From positions 88,662,001 to 88,726,000 of the forward strand of contig OZ076409.1 in assembly GCA_964187785.1 (NCBI GenBank): DNA of 64,000 nt, read 5' to 3'. A program made the translations under genes and the position numbers. The first letter of the stretch is position 1. Each line of letters opens with the position of its first letter. The notes beneath the pieces are model-generated. The model saw only the letters and a list, made by a program, of their open reading frames with translations, ran no database searches and was not told where the DNA came from. Below are positions 48,501-61,050 of this stretch, piece after piece. The DNA comes from Amphiscolops sp. MND2022. Lineage: Eukaryota.

Positions 48501-51500
48501 GTAGATCGAATTACTTAATGTATTTGCCGCGAAATTACGAGATTACAGGATATGACTAAAATCTCGCAGAAAGGTAGGGTAGGCAAGTATGAAAAGTTGA
48601 TGCTAGGAGGGTATATATACCTTTGATGTTGTAAAAGGATTCATTCGAATGTTTCTAATCGTTGCTTTCAGAACGCATGAAAGTTTAAAATCAATATTGA
48701 CATTCAACTTTCAAAACAACACATTTCTTCAATGAGGATGTCAACAAGAAGTCAGAAAAGAAAATCAGTGCAGCAGGAGAACAACGGAAATCACCAAGAG
48801 AATGGCGAGGTGGCATATTTCAAGTCTTACTAAGTGTTAAATTGGGGAGAAGTCTGAAAAGTGAACTAGAAATTAAGTTACTTCTGCTAATAAATATTGT
48901 CTACAGATTACGTCATTGTAGATTGCGTCCAAAACTATGAAGAACCAGAACAAGATGATGTTCCGGTTTGTCGTCACGATGACGAACTTGACGGTGCTGC
49001 TCTTGATTTTATTGTCGTGAAGCATTCGAAAAAAGAACCTGTTGATGATTCTGACTTTTACCCGAAATGATTTTTTTGTTGTTCCTGTACTTCACAAGTA
49101 AAAACATATTTTTTCCTATTCACAAGAAAAAACAAGAATTCACCAATAAAATTGATTCAATCGGAGCATTTTTTAATTCAGCGTTGCACTGCCACTTCAG
49201 TCAAAAACACGAACGGCGGCCTATGTGGTTCAGCTTACTACCAAATAAAACAGGTTCGAATCTTGCTTTCCTGCTTGAATTTTCAATAACTTCTAGAAGA
49301 ACGATTCTAACCTTGATTTGAAGAAAATGAACAGCGTTTAATGAAAGATAACATTTTATCTATCCAAATATCATTTTTCGTTTTTTTAAAAAACAAAAAA
49401 TCCGAAATTTAGCTGGGTGATTTTTTCCTCCGCTAGTTTCTGCCATAACTTCACTTCAATTAATGCGAGGCTAGAGGCCATTTGGGGATTTTCGGCATCT
49501 TGCGACTAACCGAAGAAATTTTTTTCCACAAAAATTTAAATTTTTTCTCACGGCATTTTGAAAACTCGAACAACTCCGTTTACTAGGATTTATGAGGTGG
49601 TCGAAAATCTTCTTAAAATATCCTACTTTCGAATCGACAAAGACCAGAAATATACCAACGTTGCATAGCAAAACCTCTCCAGTGGTACCAAGCTTCATTT
49701 TTAGACGACGCTTCATAAAGTGGAACGCGACTATAATGGCAAATTCTTAGATATGGCGCCGACTTATGCCGTTCCCGGCTTCTTATAAAAATTTTTTGTA
49801 GTTTTAAAATGCAGTCTTTCTAAACAGCAAATGTTCAAGAAAAAAGTTGGGAAAGGTTTGAGTCCTCGCCCTGCTTAAGGCTCAAATAAATCAAAAGCGA
49901 AAAAAACTGTAAATCTCACTGAGCCGAAAAAAACGAACGCGGACCTCCTCGGTTTGAGAAACTCGAGGCTTTTTGCTTTCATTCTCATCAAAACATATAA
50001 AAAGAAGATAGCTTCTTTGTTTCTCTCCGCACCAAAAACTTCAGAAAGCCCGAAGCGAGAACACTTTTCTGAAAGGAAATTTTCCCATTATAAAACACTT
50101 CGAGTTTGGAAGGACTCATTGTTATACTGAAAAATCAAACAACCAAATAAAGTGCATTTTCTTTCAGAAATTTAAACTTTTCCGATAATACCATTCAAAT
50201 TTCTTTTCAATCTTGTGGTAGTAACCGCGATTGAAAAGAGCAGTTAGTCTCAGTTGACTAAGTACCTGCTAAAGTTGAACACAGTGTTCTGCTAAAACAA
50301 AATAGATCACCATTGTGGTCTGAGAAAGTTGAAATACAGTTGTTAATTCTCACGTTATTTTATCGAAGCCGCTAGCTATAACATGGCGCTGCGAGACAAC
50401 CAACCGACATCGGGCATACCCGTATTCTGGCAAGATGCAGCCACAGAAAAACAATACGAATGGAGTCGATGGATAGAGCTGTTTGAGGCGACACTCGTGG
50501 CAAAATCTTCCATATCGCTAGAAGAACTAACAAGAGATACGATATCAACCCCAAGAAAAAAGGAACTGATGGGAGGAGTGGAAGAACAAATTGCCGAGAA
50601 AAAAGCAGTAAGTTTCTTATATATTGCACTTGGGGAGGCTGCTAGAAAAACGCTACTAGACCTAAAGGATATGGACATAAAGGCAACAAAGCTAAAAGTT
50701 CTGTTGAAGGAATGCCAGGACGCGTTCCAGAAGAAGAGGAATAGGCTGATGGATCGGCACAAATTTCTTAATCGAAAACAAAACGAAGACGAAAGCTTGG
50801 AGCAGTTTTGGCACGTCTTAAACGGACTAGCTGCAATTTGCGACTTTGGAACGCAAACCACCGGGTTAGTGTACGATATTTTTGTATCGAATATGAAAAA
50901 TACAGCGGTACAGGAAAGGTTTTTCACAGAGCCAAAGGACAACAAGGAGGAAGCTTTAAAATTTGCAGTAGCTTTTGAACAAGGCGCACAGCAGAAAAAA
51001 CAATTCGTTAAAAGCCAACAACAACAACCATAAAAGAAGAACCAGTATTCGCTGTGGAGGAAACAAACGAATGCTACAAGTGTGGAGAGAAGCCATTCGT
51101 CGCTGGACATCAAAAGATCTGCAGGGCGAAAAACGTCCAGTGTAGAAATTGTGGAAAGATGGGACACTATGGACGAATGTGCCGTATAAAACAACCAGAA
51201 ATAGAACAGAATACACCGTATCACAAGAAAGTTAATGTTGTCCAAAAAAACAGATTGGAGCAGTTCGGAAAACGATTCTGGAGAAGAAGTGGAAATACTC
51301 CACATCGATGAAGAAAAAAGATCTACAAACAAACCCTTGGTACTAAAAGGAAGATTCAACAGAAAGCCCTTCCACGCCCTCATCGACACCGGATCGCCTA
51401 TCACCATCTTTACCAAAGCTCACGTAGAAAAAATGTTCGGGAAGAAGTACAAATTGCAACCATTGGCCGAGAGCGAGAAATACATTGATTACAGTAGTAT

Positions 51501-54500
51501 TAAAATTGAATTTCTCGGAGCGATCATTGGACAGGTCGAAGCAGGATGGAAAAAACTGGACAAAGTTAGGGCACTAGTAGCAGAAAACGGAGCGCGCACT
51601 GTGATAGGCCGAGACTGGTTGAAAGGCTTGGGAGTGACGCTAAAGACGGAAGGTGGTGAATGTGAAATTAATTGTGTAACTAAGTCGAAAAACAAATTGT
51701 TCAAAAAATTTGAAGAATTGTTCTCAAGACGCGGCCGCATAGAAGGGCATGGAATAAACGCAGAGTTTGAAGAAAATTGTTTACCAAAACAACAAAAAGG
51801 ACGTCGAATACTACTACAACTCCAGAATTCCGTCGAAAAAGAATTAGAAAAGTTGATTAAAAACGGAAACATCGAAAGAGTGAACGAAATTAAAGACGAT
51901 GTTTATATACAAACAACCGTTATCACAGTAAAGCGAGATAAAACGGTAAAAATAGCGTTAGATGCCAGAGAAATGAACGAAAACATAAAGAAGGACAAAT
52001 ACCAAATGCCGAATTTGGACGATTTGTTAAATACCTTTGCGGAAACAATCACAACGCAAAAGGGAGAAAGGTATGGTTCACGTCAGTAGACCTCAAATAC
52101 GCACTCGGACAGGTCTTCTTAAACCCAGAACTAGCCAAACATTGTAATTTCGCGATAATAGGGGGGGGAAGCTAGCGGCATATATCGATTTAAAACGGGA
52201 TTTTATGGACTAACAGTAATGCCCACAGAATTCCAACGAATAATGGAAGATATTTTAATTAATATTTCAAATGTTTTTATTTTTGAAGACGATATTTTAA
52301 TAGTAACAAAGGGAACCAAGGAAGAACCTGAAGAAAAGGTTAGCGACGTTTTTAGAAAGTTAGATGATAGAAAACTACAACTTAAAGAACAGAAATGTTA
52401 CAGTAAAAAACGAAATAGACTGGCTTGGATTCAGAATTTCAGAAAGGGGATAAAACCACTCAATGAAAAAATACAAGGAATTTCAGAGAAAATGAAACCC
52501 AAAAACTTGAAAGAACTAAGATCATACTTGGGGGCAGTGAATCAACTAACGAAATTTATACCCGGATTAGCAAAAATCACCGAACCATTCAGAGATTTAC
52601 TTAAAAAAGAAGGAAATTGGGACAGGAAGGAAATACATAACTAAGCTTTCATTCAAGTACAGAAAAGTGTGCAAGAAATTATCCAATTATCACATTTCAA
52701 TAGACTGAACAAATTGCGCATAATATGTGATGCCAGTCATGAAGGCCTAGGAGCATTACTATGCAGAAAAATGAGAAAAACGAATGGGAGTTACTATCAT
52801 GCGCATCAAGATATTCATCGGACTACGAAACCAGATACTCCACGAACGAACTAGAATTACTCGCCATAGTTTGGGCGGTAGAAAATTTTCGTAATTATGT
52901 TTATGGAGAAAAGTTCGAGGTAATTTCCGACCATAAAGCGCTCGAAACAGCATTGAAAAGTAACCATGGTAATAAAACCTATTCGAGTAGGCTTACTAGA
53001 TGGATAGACCGACTTTTGCTTTTCGATATGGAAGTATTCCACCAACCCGGACGAACAATGGGGTTAGCCGACTATTTATCAAGACATCCTAGGGATTATA
53101 ACAAAAATGAATGGTCGAAAAGCTCAAAAGAACTTTGGGAAAGTTGGTTCGTAGTCAATTCGGTAGAAAATGTAAATGAGAATCATGAAAGGCAGCTACG
53201 CGCCAATCAGAGATTGAACAACTTGTTCAAACAGCCAATGATAGCGCAGGACGCTGAAAGCGAGAAAGAGATGAGCGAAACAGCGGACCGTCCTAAGTGT
53301 GAAAGCAAACAAATTAAAATGAGTCGCTTACAAATTAGTCGCGAAAGAAACGCCACGCGTAATTTAATTCGCTCATCAAAACATCAAATACAAATTGTTC
53401 AACCAAAAGAAATTGAAAAATCCTCAGAATTAAAAACATCACAACTCCAGTCTACTTTGTCGTCAGTAGAAGAAGCATCTACATCAGCCAAAATAAACCC
53501 TGAAATTACTTTCGTAAAAGTCAAAACATTCGAAAAATTACCGACGTGCTACTTGTGGCAACTTATCGGGCAGATCGAGGGCTACAAAACGTTCGGGAGG
53601 GCGTGTTACGGCGTGACATTAATTTACTTCGAAAAGAAAACAAATTGTTCCGACATGTGTTTAAAGATCTGAGAGTAGACAGAGAGCTCGTTTACTACGA
53701 AAATCGATTAATTATCCCAATCGACATGAGACAGGCTGTGCTAAATAGCATACACAGTGGTCATAGCGGCAGAGACGCTATGTTGGGAGCAGTAGACGAG
53801 GTCTGGTGGCCACAAATAAACAGACAAATTGTCGCCACTGCAAAGACTTGTGGAAACTGTCAAAAAGCAGGTAAAAACATAGGAACTATAAAAAGACAAA
53901 AGGAATTTGGAACCATTCAAAAACCTAAACAAGTGAACGAAGAAATCGCGCTCGAGTTCATGGGACCATTTTCGGGGGCCCCGAAAATAGAAAATGTTTA
54001 TTAGTGGAAATCGACCATTTTTCCGCGTACCCCACTCTACAATTTGTAAAAAGCACCGATATAAAAGGGGTCGAAAATTTTTTGCGAAAATACATAAGTA
54101 ATAACGGGATTCCACAAATAGTAAGAACGGATCAAGCAACCGTGTTCATGGGTAATGAATTTAAAAACCTTAGAGAAGAATTTGGGATTCGTCATATAGT
54201 ATGCCCGGTCTTTGACCATAGAGGAAATGGGAAAGTCGAGAGACTCATAAGAACAGTGAACGAAAGATTAAGAGCGATCCCTGAAATACTAGCCGAAAAA
54301 TAGAACAAATTGTTCCACCAATTAGTAAGTGCGCTAAGGGCAAGTAAGGGGAAAGATGGGAAGTCGCCGTTTGAGAGGCATACCGGCCGAAAACCAAATA
54401 CAGTAACATCGATAATAGTTAAAGTCTATAAAGAATTGAATGATTTAGACTACAACAAATCTGTGGAACTGGACCGATTGGAGGACTTTCCCCGCGACGA

Positions 54501-56711
54501 CGACAGCATGATAATTGTCAGAGAGCGCCAAAGAAAAGGAAAAGTGGCCGGACTTTTTTTGAAAAGGAGGGGAAGAGTGACCAAAGAGACTGAACACACA
54601 GTACAATTTGCACCAGAAGGAAAAGCCGAAGTGACCCTATCCAAGAGAGAAGTGGCACGAGTACCCAGTGCGAAAACAAGAATCTCCAAAGAAGACGTGG
54701 ATAGTCTGCAAAACAAAATTTGCAGACCTTGAACAAGAAGAGAACGTTGCTGAAACCGATTGAACACCGAAATCGTCACCCGCCAGATTGAGCCGAAACA
54801 GACGAGCCCCAGACCGTTACGGTCTACCTGTTTATTTATGCGGAATTGAAAAGAAATCTACCCAAAAATGAAACTGTTACAAACTCTTCTGAAACTTTTA
54901 ACTGTTGTAGTGTTTTCCATATTTATTACTTCCGTACCTAACCTGTACATTTGTGTTTCGATATTACGATTAGTTCTTATTCCCTACCGTCAATTGCTGT
55001 CGGGGGAATGTGGTAGTGACCGCGATTGAAAAGAGCAGTTAGTCTCAGTTGACTAAGTACCTGCTACACAGTGTTCTGCTAAAACAAAATAGATCACCAT
55101 TGTGGTCTGAGAAAGTTGAAATACAGTTGTTAATTCTCACGTTATTTTATCGAAGCCGCTAGCTATAACAAATCCAATCAAGTGTGTCAAAATATGAATG
55201 GGAAGTTCCTTCAAGTCAATTTGAAACTTTGTACTTTTTCAAAACAACTTTTATGGCCACTTCGGCCGCGTTGAAAAAGAAATAAGATAAAGCCACAATA
55301 ATAATCTCGTTTCTGTTTAAAAAGCCTCGACTAAAGTTTTTTTTGGACTAAAAAACAAAAAAAAATTGACAGATAACCGTTTTTATTTAAAACGAAATTA
55401 TAGTTTGATGTGCTTCTGGTCTATTTCATCTACCATGTCATTTTGATGAATGATATTTTTTGAGGATCTTTGTTTATGGAAAGACTTTTGTTTTTTCTCT
55501 TTTTTTTGTTCGACTTCAGGTATCACACTGAACGGTCCACGTTTTGAACAGAGTTTGTTCACGCTGCCAGTGGGACTATTGTTAGGATGCGCACTTGCCG
55601 AAGAGAAGGTGGCAGACTCGAACCCTGCCGAGGACACTTTATTGTTTGCAAATCTTGACATGGGCTTTTCGGCACTGTGTGACGTTTCTTCGAATGATTC
55701 ATTTTTCCAAGAGTTATCCCTTCAAGTTTCTACCTATTTAGCTCTGGAAAAGACGTTTTTCGAGCCCAAAGTGTCCCGGTTTTGAAGTTGTCGACAATGT
55801 GCGACTGTTTTCGCGATTTTGTCTACCAAATTGGTTTTATTTGACGTTTCAAAAGAACACAGATTCTAGAAACCACATGGGGTAGCTCGTTTTTTGGATC
55901 TCTGGAACGTATGAGAATTTGCTAAAAGCCACTCTGAGCATATTTATGAGACTTTGCGCTATTGAGAAGTTCTCGTGTTGTTTTCAATTACGACCCAAGC
56001 TTGGCATCCTCTCGATGCAAAAATATGAAATCTATCGACTCAGCGTATCATAAAAATACAAACTTAGTCGAGGCGTAAGACTTCTTAGCTTGCGAGCCGG
56101 CTTGAGACCCGCCCTGAGACCCGGCCTGAGATTGTTTCTTCTTGCTGTTGTCATCTGACTTGTCCGATTTTTCGGTTCTCTGACACTCGGGGTCAATAGC
56201 GGGCATACCTGGCCCTTGGACAATGCGTTTCTTCTCACCGTCATCCTGAAACATTACGATACAAGTTGATTTGCATGCGCGTTTTCCAACTTTTATCTAA
56301 CCAACACCACCAATTAGGTAGACTCTTGTTTAGTTTTTTCACCTGTATTCAATTTTTTACCTTTTATGTACGTTTTTGCACCTTCCGCAATTTTAATCGG
56401 AGAATTTGAAATGAAAATTGCGATCAACGCAAAATCTACTCAACGACGATTTGCCATATTGACACTTTCATTTTCGCCTATTGAAGCACTCGTTCGAGCT
56501 TTTGATGCCTAAGGATGTAAACTTTCATGGAACAATTTGAATGGATAGCAAAGTTGTGCTAAAATATGCTCACCCCTCTTTCTTTTCTTTCTTTCAGCTT
56601 TTCTTCCAGCTTCTTCTTGTTTTTCTTGAATGCCAGTACAAAAATAACGAGGAAAGTTATAATAAAACACAAACAAACTATGAGAATAACTATTGGGACT
56701 GTGGCCACCAT
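45566..56711 (-). CDS. Orphan 197-aa single-pass membrane protein; exons 56711-56574, 56245-56064, 46314-46161, 45685-45566
   Basis: All four exons have GT-AG boundaries with matching phases (0, 2, 0), with an in-frame TAA upstream of the ATG. N-terminal hydrophobic helix VPIVILIVCLCFIITFLVIFVLAF, then KKNKKK and a K/S/E-rich low-complexity tail. Confidence 0.7.
46359..46442. mobile_element. Small MITE-like inverted-repeat element
   Basis: GTGTCCGACGTATAAGCCCCT ... AGGGGCTTAAAGCTGGCACA. Confidence 0.45.
46514..47070 (-). mobile_element. HINE-like family A copy
   Basis: Family termini AACAAGCCG..AAGTCGGCGC / GCGCCGACTAAAAA. Confidence 0.7.
47531..48800 (+). promoter_or_regulatory. Copy 2 of the CGTCA-rich TATA/Inr cassette
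   Basis: TACTCTACGTCACCGTATCGTCAGCCA, ATCTACTTCCTGCTTG, GATGCTAGGAGGGTATA and TCATTC are shared with copy 1. Followed by ATG (MRMSTRSQKRK). Confidence 0.45.
50214..55170 (+). mobile_element. Ty3/Gypsy LTR retrotransposon (Mag-like), decayed, inside intron 2 of the orphan gene
   Basis: LTRs 50214-50383 and 55009-55170 differ by 1 substitution and an 8-bp indel. PBS TGGCGCTGCGAG (tRNA-Ser-like), PPT GGGGGAA, flanks AATCT / AATCC. Confidence 0.93.
50383..54732 (+). pseudogene. gag-pol pseudogene (gag with two CCHC knuckles, protease, RT, RNase H, integrase)
   Basis: CYKCG...H..C and CRNCGKMGH...C; ALIDTGSP; FEDDILI; ICDAS..ELELLAIVWAV..SDHKAL; HSGH..CGNC; RTDQATVF; GNGKVERLIR. Multiple frameshifts and stops. 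Confidence 0.9.
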
Positions 56712-59700
56712 CTTTTATCGAGATTCACTGTAAGTTTGAAAAATGGGTAACACTGAAAGTACAATAGGAAAAAAATAAGCGTTTCGCGGAATAGAAATCC
56801 GAGCAGAAAGAAATTCAATTTTAGTCGGCGCTTTATGAAACAAAACGCGACAGTATGCTTGGTTTTGTTGTTTTTTTTTCAAGGCTGAATGCCAAAAGTC
56901 TACAAATTGGCAAGTTGGTTGGAAGGGTCCTCCCTTTCATATTTTAACGAAGTTATTTGAATGAATACGAAATTTGAGGATTATGTTCGGAACAGTGAGA
57001 CTTTTTGTCAGGAATCTTCCAATTTTCAAAAATTGTCTACCTTTTTTGATACTTGTAGATGAAAAAAGCCTTTTAAGCCGAAAACGTTCCCCTTTTGGAT
57101 TTTTCGACACCGTGCGACTTTTTTTTGGGGGGGGGGGGGATATTTCGTTGTGGTATTTTTGATGTTTCTTTTGAGGAAAAAGTTCTTTCAAGCCTAAAAA
57201 CGAATGATTTTTTGGCACTATGAGATTGAGAATCTTTTCAAAGAAGAAGCTTTGAAGTACTTTATGCTTCCGGCTTTTTTCACCCATTAGTGTATCAGTT
57301 TGAATTAAACGTTGATTTTTTTCATGAGATACAAAAAATATATTTCCGCGGAATTTTTTGAAGGATCACTTTTGTATTAACCGTTGTCTTTTTCGAATGT
57401 TACCGTAATGGGAAACGACAAGTCAATAAGTAGAATGCAAATAATGCAAAGTCTTCTGACTATCGTATGTTTTGCTAAAGCAGCATGGATTTGTGCGTTC
57501 GACTCAGTTTCGACTAAAGGAGGCTTTGCTATGAAGTCATTCAAATAATCTTGGTGAGTTTTGTCATGGTGGAAATGGATGCGACGTATGTTGTGAATTT
57601 CCCGAACAATTCATTCACACTTTTCAGTCGACCAGCCACCAAGTAGAAGTCACCAAACTCTTTCAGAACTCTTCAATAGAAGTGAATGCGATCACGTGAC
57701 TTCAGTTCTGAGTGATTCAACTCAAACTTTCATTAAAAATGAACAAATCTTCATTGCTCTCCGCCAATTGACTACTTCTTTGAAAAATACGATTGTGAAC
57801 GGAAATTAGGATTGATTTCAACAATTAGGAAGCATTAAATTGTTTGATTCTCATAGATTAAAGCAGTTCAAAAAAAGACTTACCTATTGATTGAAAGACA
57901 AAAAACGTTGATTCCACTGACGTTTTATGTTTTCACTCCAGTTTTTTAACCACGTTTTGGAAGATTCTGAAATATCCGTTTGAATATAAAGAAACCCTTC
58001 AGATGCTCAAGTTTATAGTCTATAGAAAACTACCGATCACCCAGCTGTTTAGATCATCGCTTTCCATCCATCCTGGACAAAAGACCACAGTCTTATCGAA
58101 ACCTAAAGACAAGTTTTTACCAAACAAGACGCCCGCTGAGCAGCGAGATATTTTCCGCTGCGAACTGTTCTGAAACTACATAAATTTGAGGCTCAAGAAT
58201 AGCCAATGCTCCATAAAAATGCTGAGAAGTTTGAAAAAAGAAAGTTTTGATTCATCTTTGCCCATTTTTTAAAGGAAACTCCTATTTTATTACTTCTGCG
58301 ATAGCTGGCCAGTTTTCGTTTTTTCGGCACTATGCAACTTACCGAGTAAAAGAAATTTTCGCAATTTTTAGTTTTGGAGGTTTTCTGTAAAGGAAATAAG
58401 TTTAAAGTAATATATTCTTGAAACTAGGTCATTTGCAAGTTTAGGAAACTTGAGCGGTCCCAGTTTGTTGTATTATTATTAGTTTCATCACAAGTGTCAA
58501 AAATTGGAAATATTTTCGAAACCTGTGGGATCAAATTGAGGACCTTTTCTTACATGGGTCTACACATGTCTCTTCACAAATAAGCTTAGTGGACACCGAT
58601 TTTAGTTGTTGTTGAATGCTTAGACCATTATAACCCACTCTATTAGCTCGAAACATTTTCCTTTGGAAGGTGTACTCGGTATCTAGTGATTTTGCTTGGA
58701 GCTTATTGAATATTGAATGTTTGACAAATAAGGTCGAAAGTTACGTTTTCAACTAAAGTTTGTTGTGAGAATAAACCTAACTGATATCTTTCCGAAACAC
58801 AACCTGTAGCTACATGTTTCAACTTTGAGCCTATGGGTTTTCTGATAGAAGTAAATTTTCGGAGAATGTCCAAAAGTGCGACTTTATTGTCGGAAATTGA
58901 GGAAAATTAGAACTTTTGACACCTTTGTTGTAAACTCGACGAACTTCTGCCTATTTTTTCCTAATTTGCGTTTTGAATGCCCTATTGTTTCAACGCTCGG
59001 GTCAATGGAAGTTCTCTATACTACGAGCAATTTTGTGGTTTCAACAAAAATTGGGAATAATTTGGCAAAAAACGTGTCTTTTTGTTCAATGGATTTTGGG
59101 TGCTCTGAGGCCAATTCCAACAAAAAATTGCAATGATATCTTTAAAATTGCCTACTGGATACCAAGAGTAGTCCTTGTTGTGCCTTTAAATTTTTTTATG
59201 CAAGGTAGTAGCTCAAAAATTGTACAAAAAACTGCCTAAAAAATTTTAAAAAAACTTGAAAATTCTCAATTTTTGCATTTTTTGGGTCTTTCTGAAGAAA
59301 CTCCTTGCCATAAGGTGTGTTAATTTTTCTTTTAAAAACGTGCTGTGGATCTAGTTGTTTCATCTGGACCTCTTTAAATCTTTTATCTTACCAAGATGTT
59401 CCAATCTCATTAAAATTAACTGAAAATGCCAGGAATTGACAAAAATTTTGATAATTTCAACTTTTTGCGGTCAGTTTTGATACTTTTTTCAACTGAAGTC
59501 TGCAAATATTTCTTTAAAAGCCAACAGAGGTATGAGTTAAATCTTTGTTGAACGTTTACTATCATTCTGATTCCAAAACTTTTCAAAAAGTAGTCATAGG
59601 TTGTCAAAACACGAAGATGTTGAATTTTTTTGAACTATTTGGAGTCATTCTGATGTGTTTTTGAAACAAAACGCTGAAACGTTCTCTTCAAAAAATGTAA

Positions 59701-61050
59701 TGCAAAGCTCGTTCTTTCGTTTTTAATTGTGTTGGAGCCTTTGACGAAAAATCTGGGAAATTCAACAGAAATTGCATCAAAAACGACAAAATTTTCGAAT
59801 TTTTCGACAAAATTCGATCAATTTGAAGCATTTCTTGTAGAAATTGAACTTATCTCTTGACGAAAGCCCACAAAAACAACACTTTCCGCATAGTTTAGGG
59901 GTTTTTCCATTCTAGTCTACGAAGTCTATTGATTATATAATAATTCTAGTTGATATAAAATTGTGATGAATGGTGAAAATGGTGAAAATAGGAAAATTTT
60001 TGAACTTTTGTCTTTTTCGATGTCAATTCCAGACAACTTTTATTTACGAAACTTGATTTATCTCTCCACTAAGCATACTGGAAATCCAACTCACTCCTTG
60101 TGGACTAGATCCTATATTCCAATTTCTGGAGTTTGTCGAAAATTCGGAAAAAAACGCATAAAACCTTTGAAAATTGAAAATAAATTTATGGGGTTTTTTG
60201 TCAATTTCGGTGTCAAACTTAGACTTTTTTCAATTAAAAAACTACTTTATCTCACCGTTAAAGACTACTGGACAACGAGTTGCTACCTTGGGGAACGTTT
60301 TCAACATTTAAATTCTCGAAGTGTGTCAAAATTGTGACAGAAATTGCATAAAAACTTCAAAAATCTGGAATCTTTAAATATTTTTGTCACTTTTGTTGCT
60401 AATTTGAGATATTTTTGAATTAGAAAACTGCAATAAACTCTTCAAAAAGGCCTACTGGACTAAAAATTTTTCTTTGCTGACGTTTCTCAACATTCCAATC
60501 CACGAAGTTGGTCAAAAATTTGACAAAAGTTGGATAAAAACTGTGAAAAAGAATTAAAAAGTTAGCTGAAATACATTATATTGGCCACATTTGACAAAAA
60601 TACAGGACCAAACATTTCAAAACACCTGATATTCGCATACAGAGCATAAAATATAACTGAGTTTCTGAGTTTTTCGACGAACTTGGGTAACATCCGCATT
60701 TTCGGGTGTATGCTCTGTTGATATCGCAATTTCTGGGAATTGTGTGAGTCCTTTCGGTTTCCTCTAGCGTTTTTCAGGGTCTTCTCTTGTATCGGGGTTT
60801 TTGCCGTTTTTTGTCTTTTCCACTGCTTTTAGTTACCGCAACTTTTGTGAATTTTTGGTGATATTCTTGTCACAGGGCTGATGGACGTTACATCTGCTAG
60901 TGTGGCGTCAATGAGTCCCACCGGGTCCCACAAAAAAGACAGAAATAGATTCAGAAGTTAAGAAAAAATCTCTGAATGAGACCTTGATATAGAAAAAGAA
61001 ACAGAAACTTCACTGAAAAATCCTAATATCAAAACTGCATTGCAAAGATC

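Noticed and set aside
50376..51416. 346-aa minus-strand ORF
   Set aside because: Antisense shadow of the A-rich gag/protease region with no recognisable motifs.
50214..55170. Near-identical LTRs despite many ORF lesions as evidence of trans-mobilisation
   Set aside because: The LTRs are too short (about 165 bp) to date reliably, and several lesions are in homopolymers.
55562..55636. tRNA-like sequence
   Set aside because: Only degenerate A/B boxes; too weak to call.
58400..60650. Short ORFs in an AT-rich stretch
   Set aside because: No motifs, splice-consistent structure or clear termini; probably old degraded repeat sequence.
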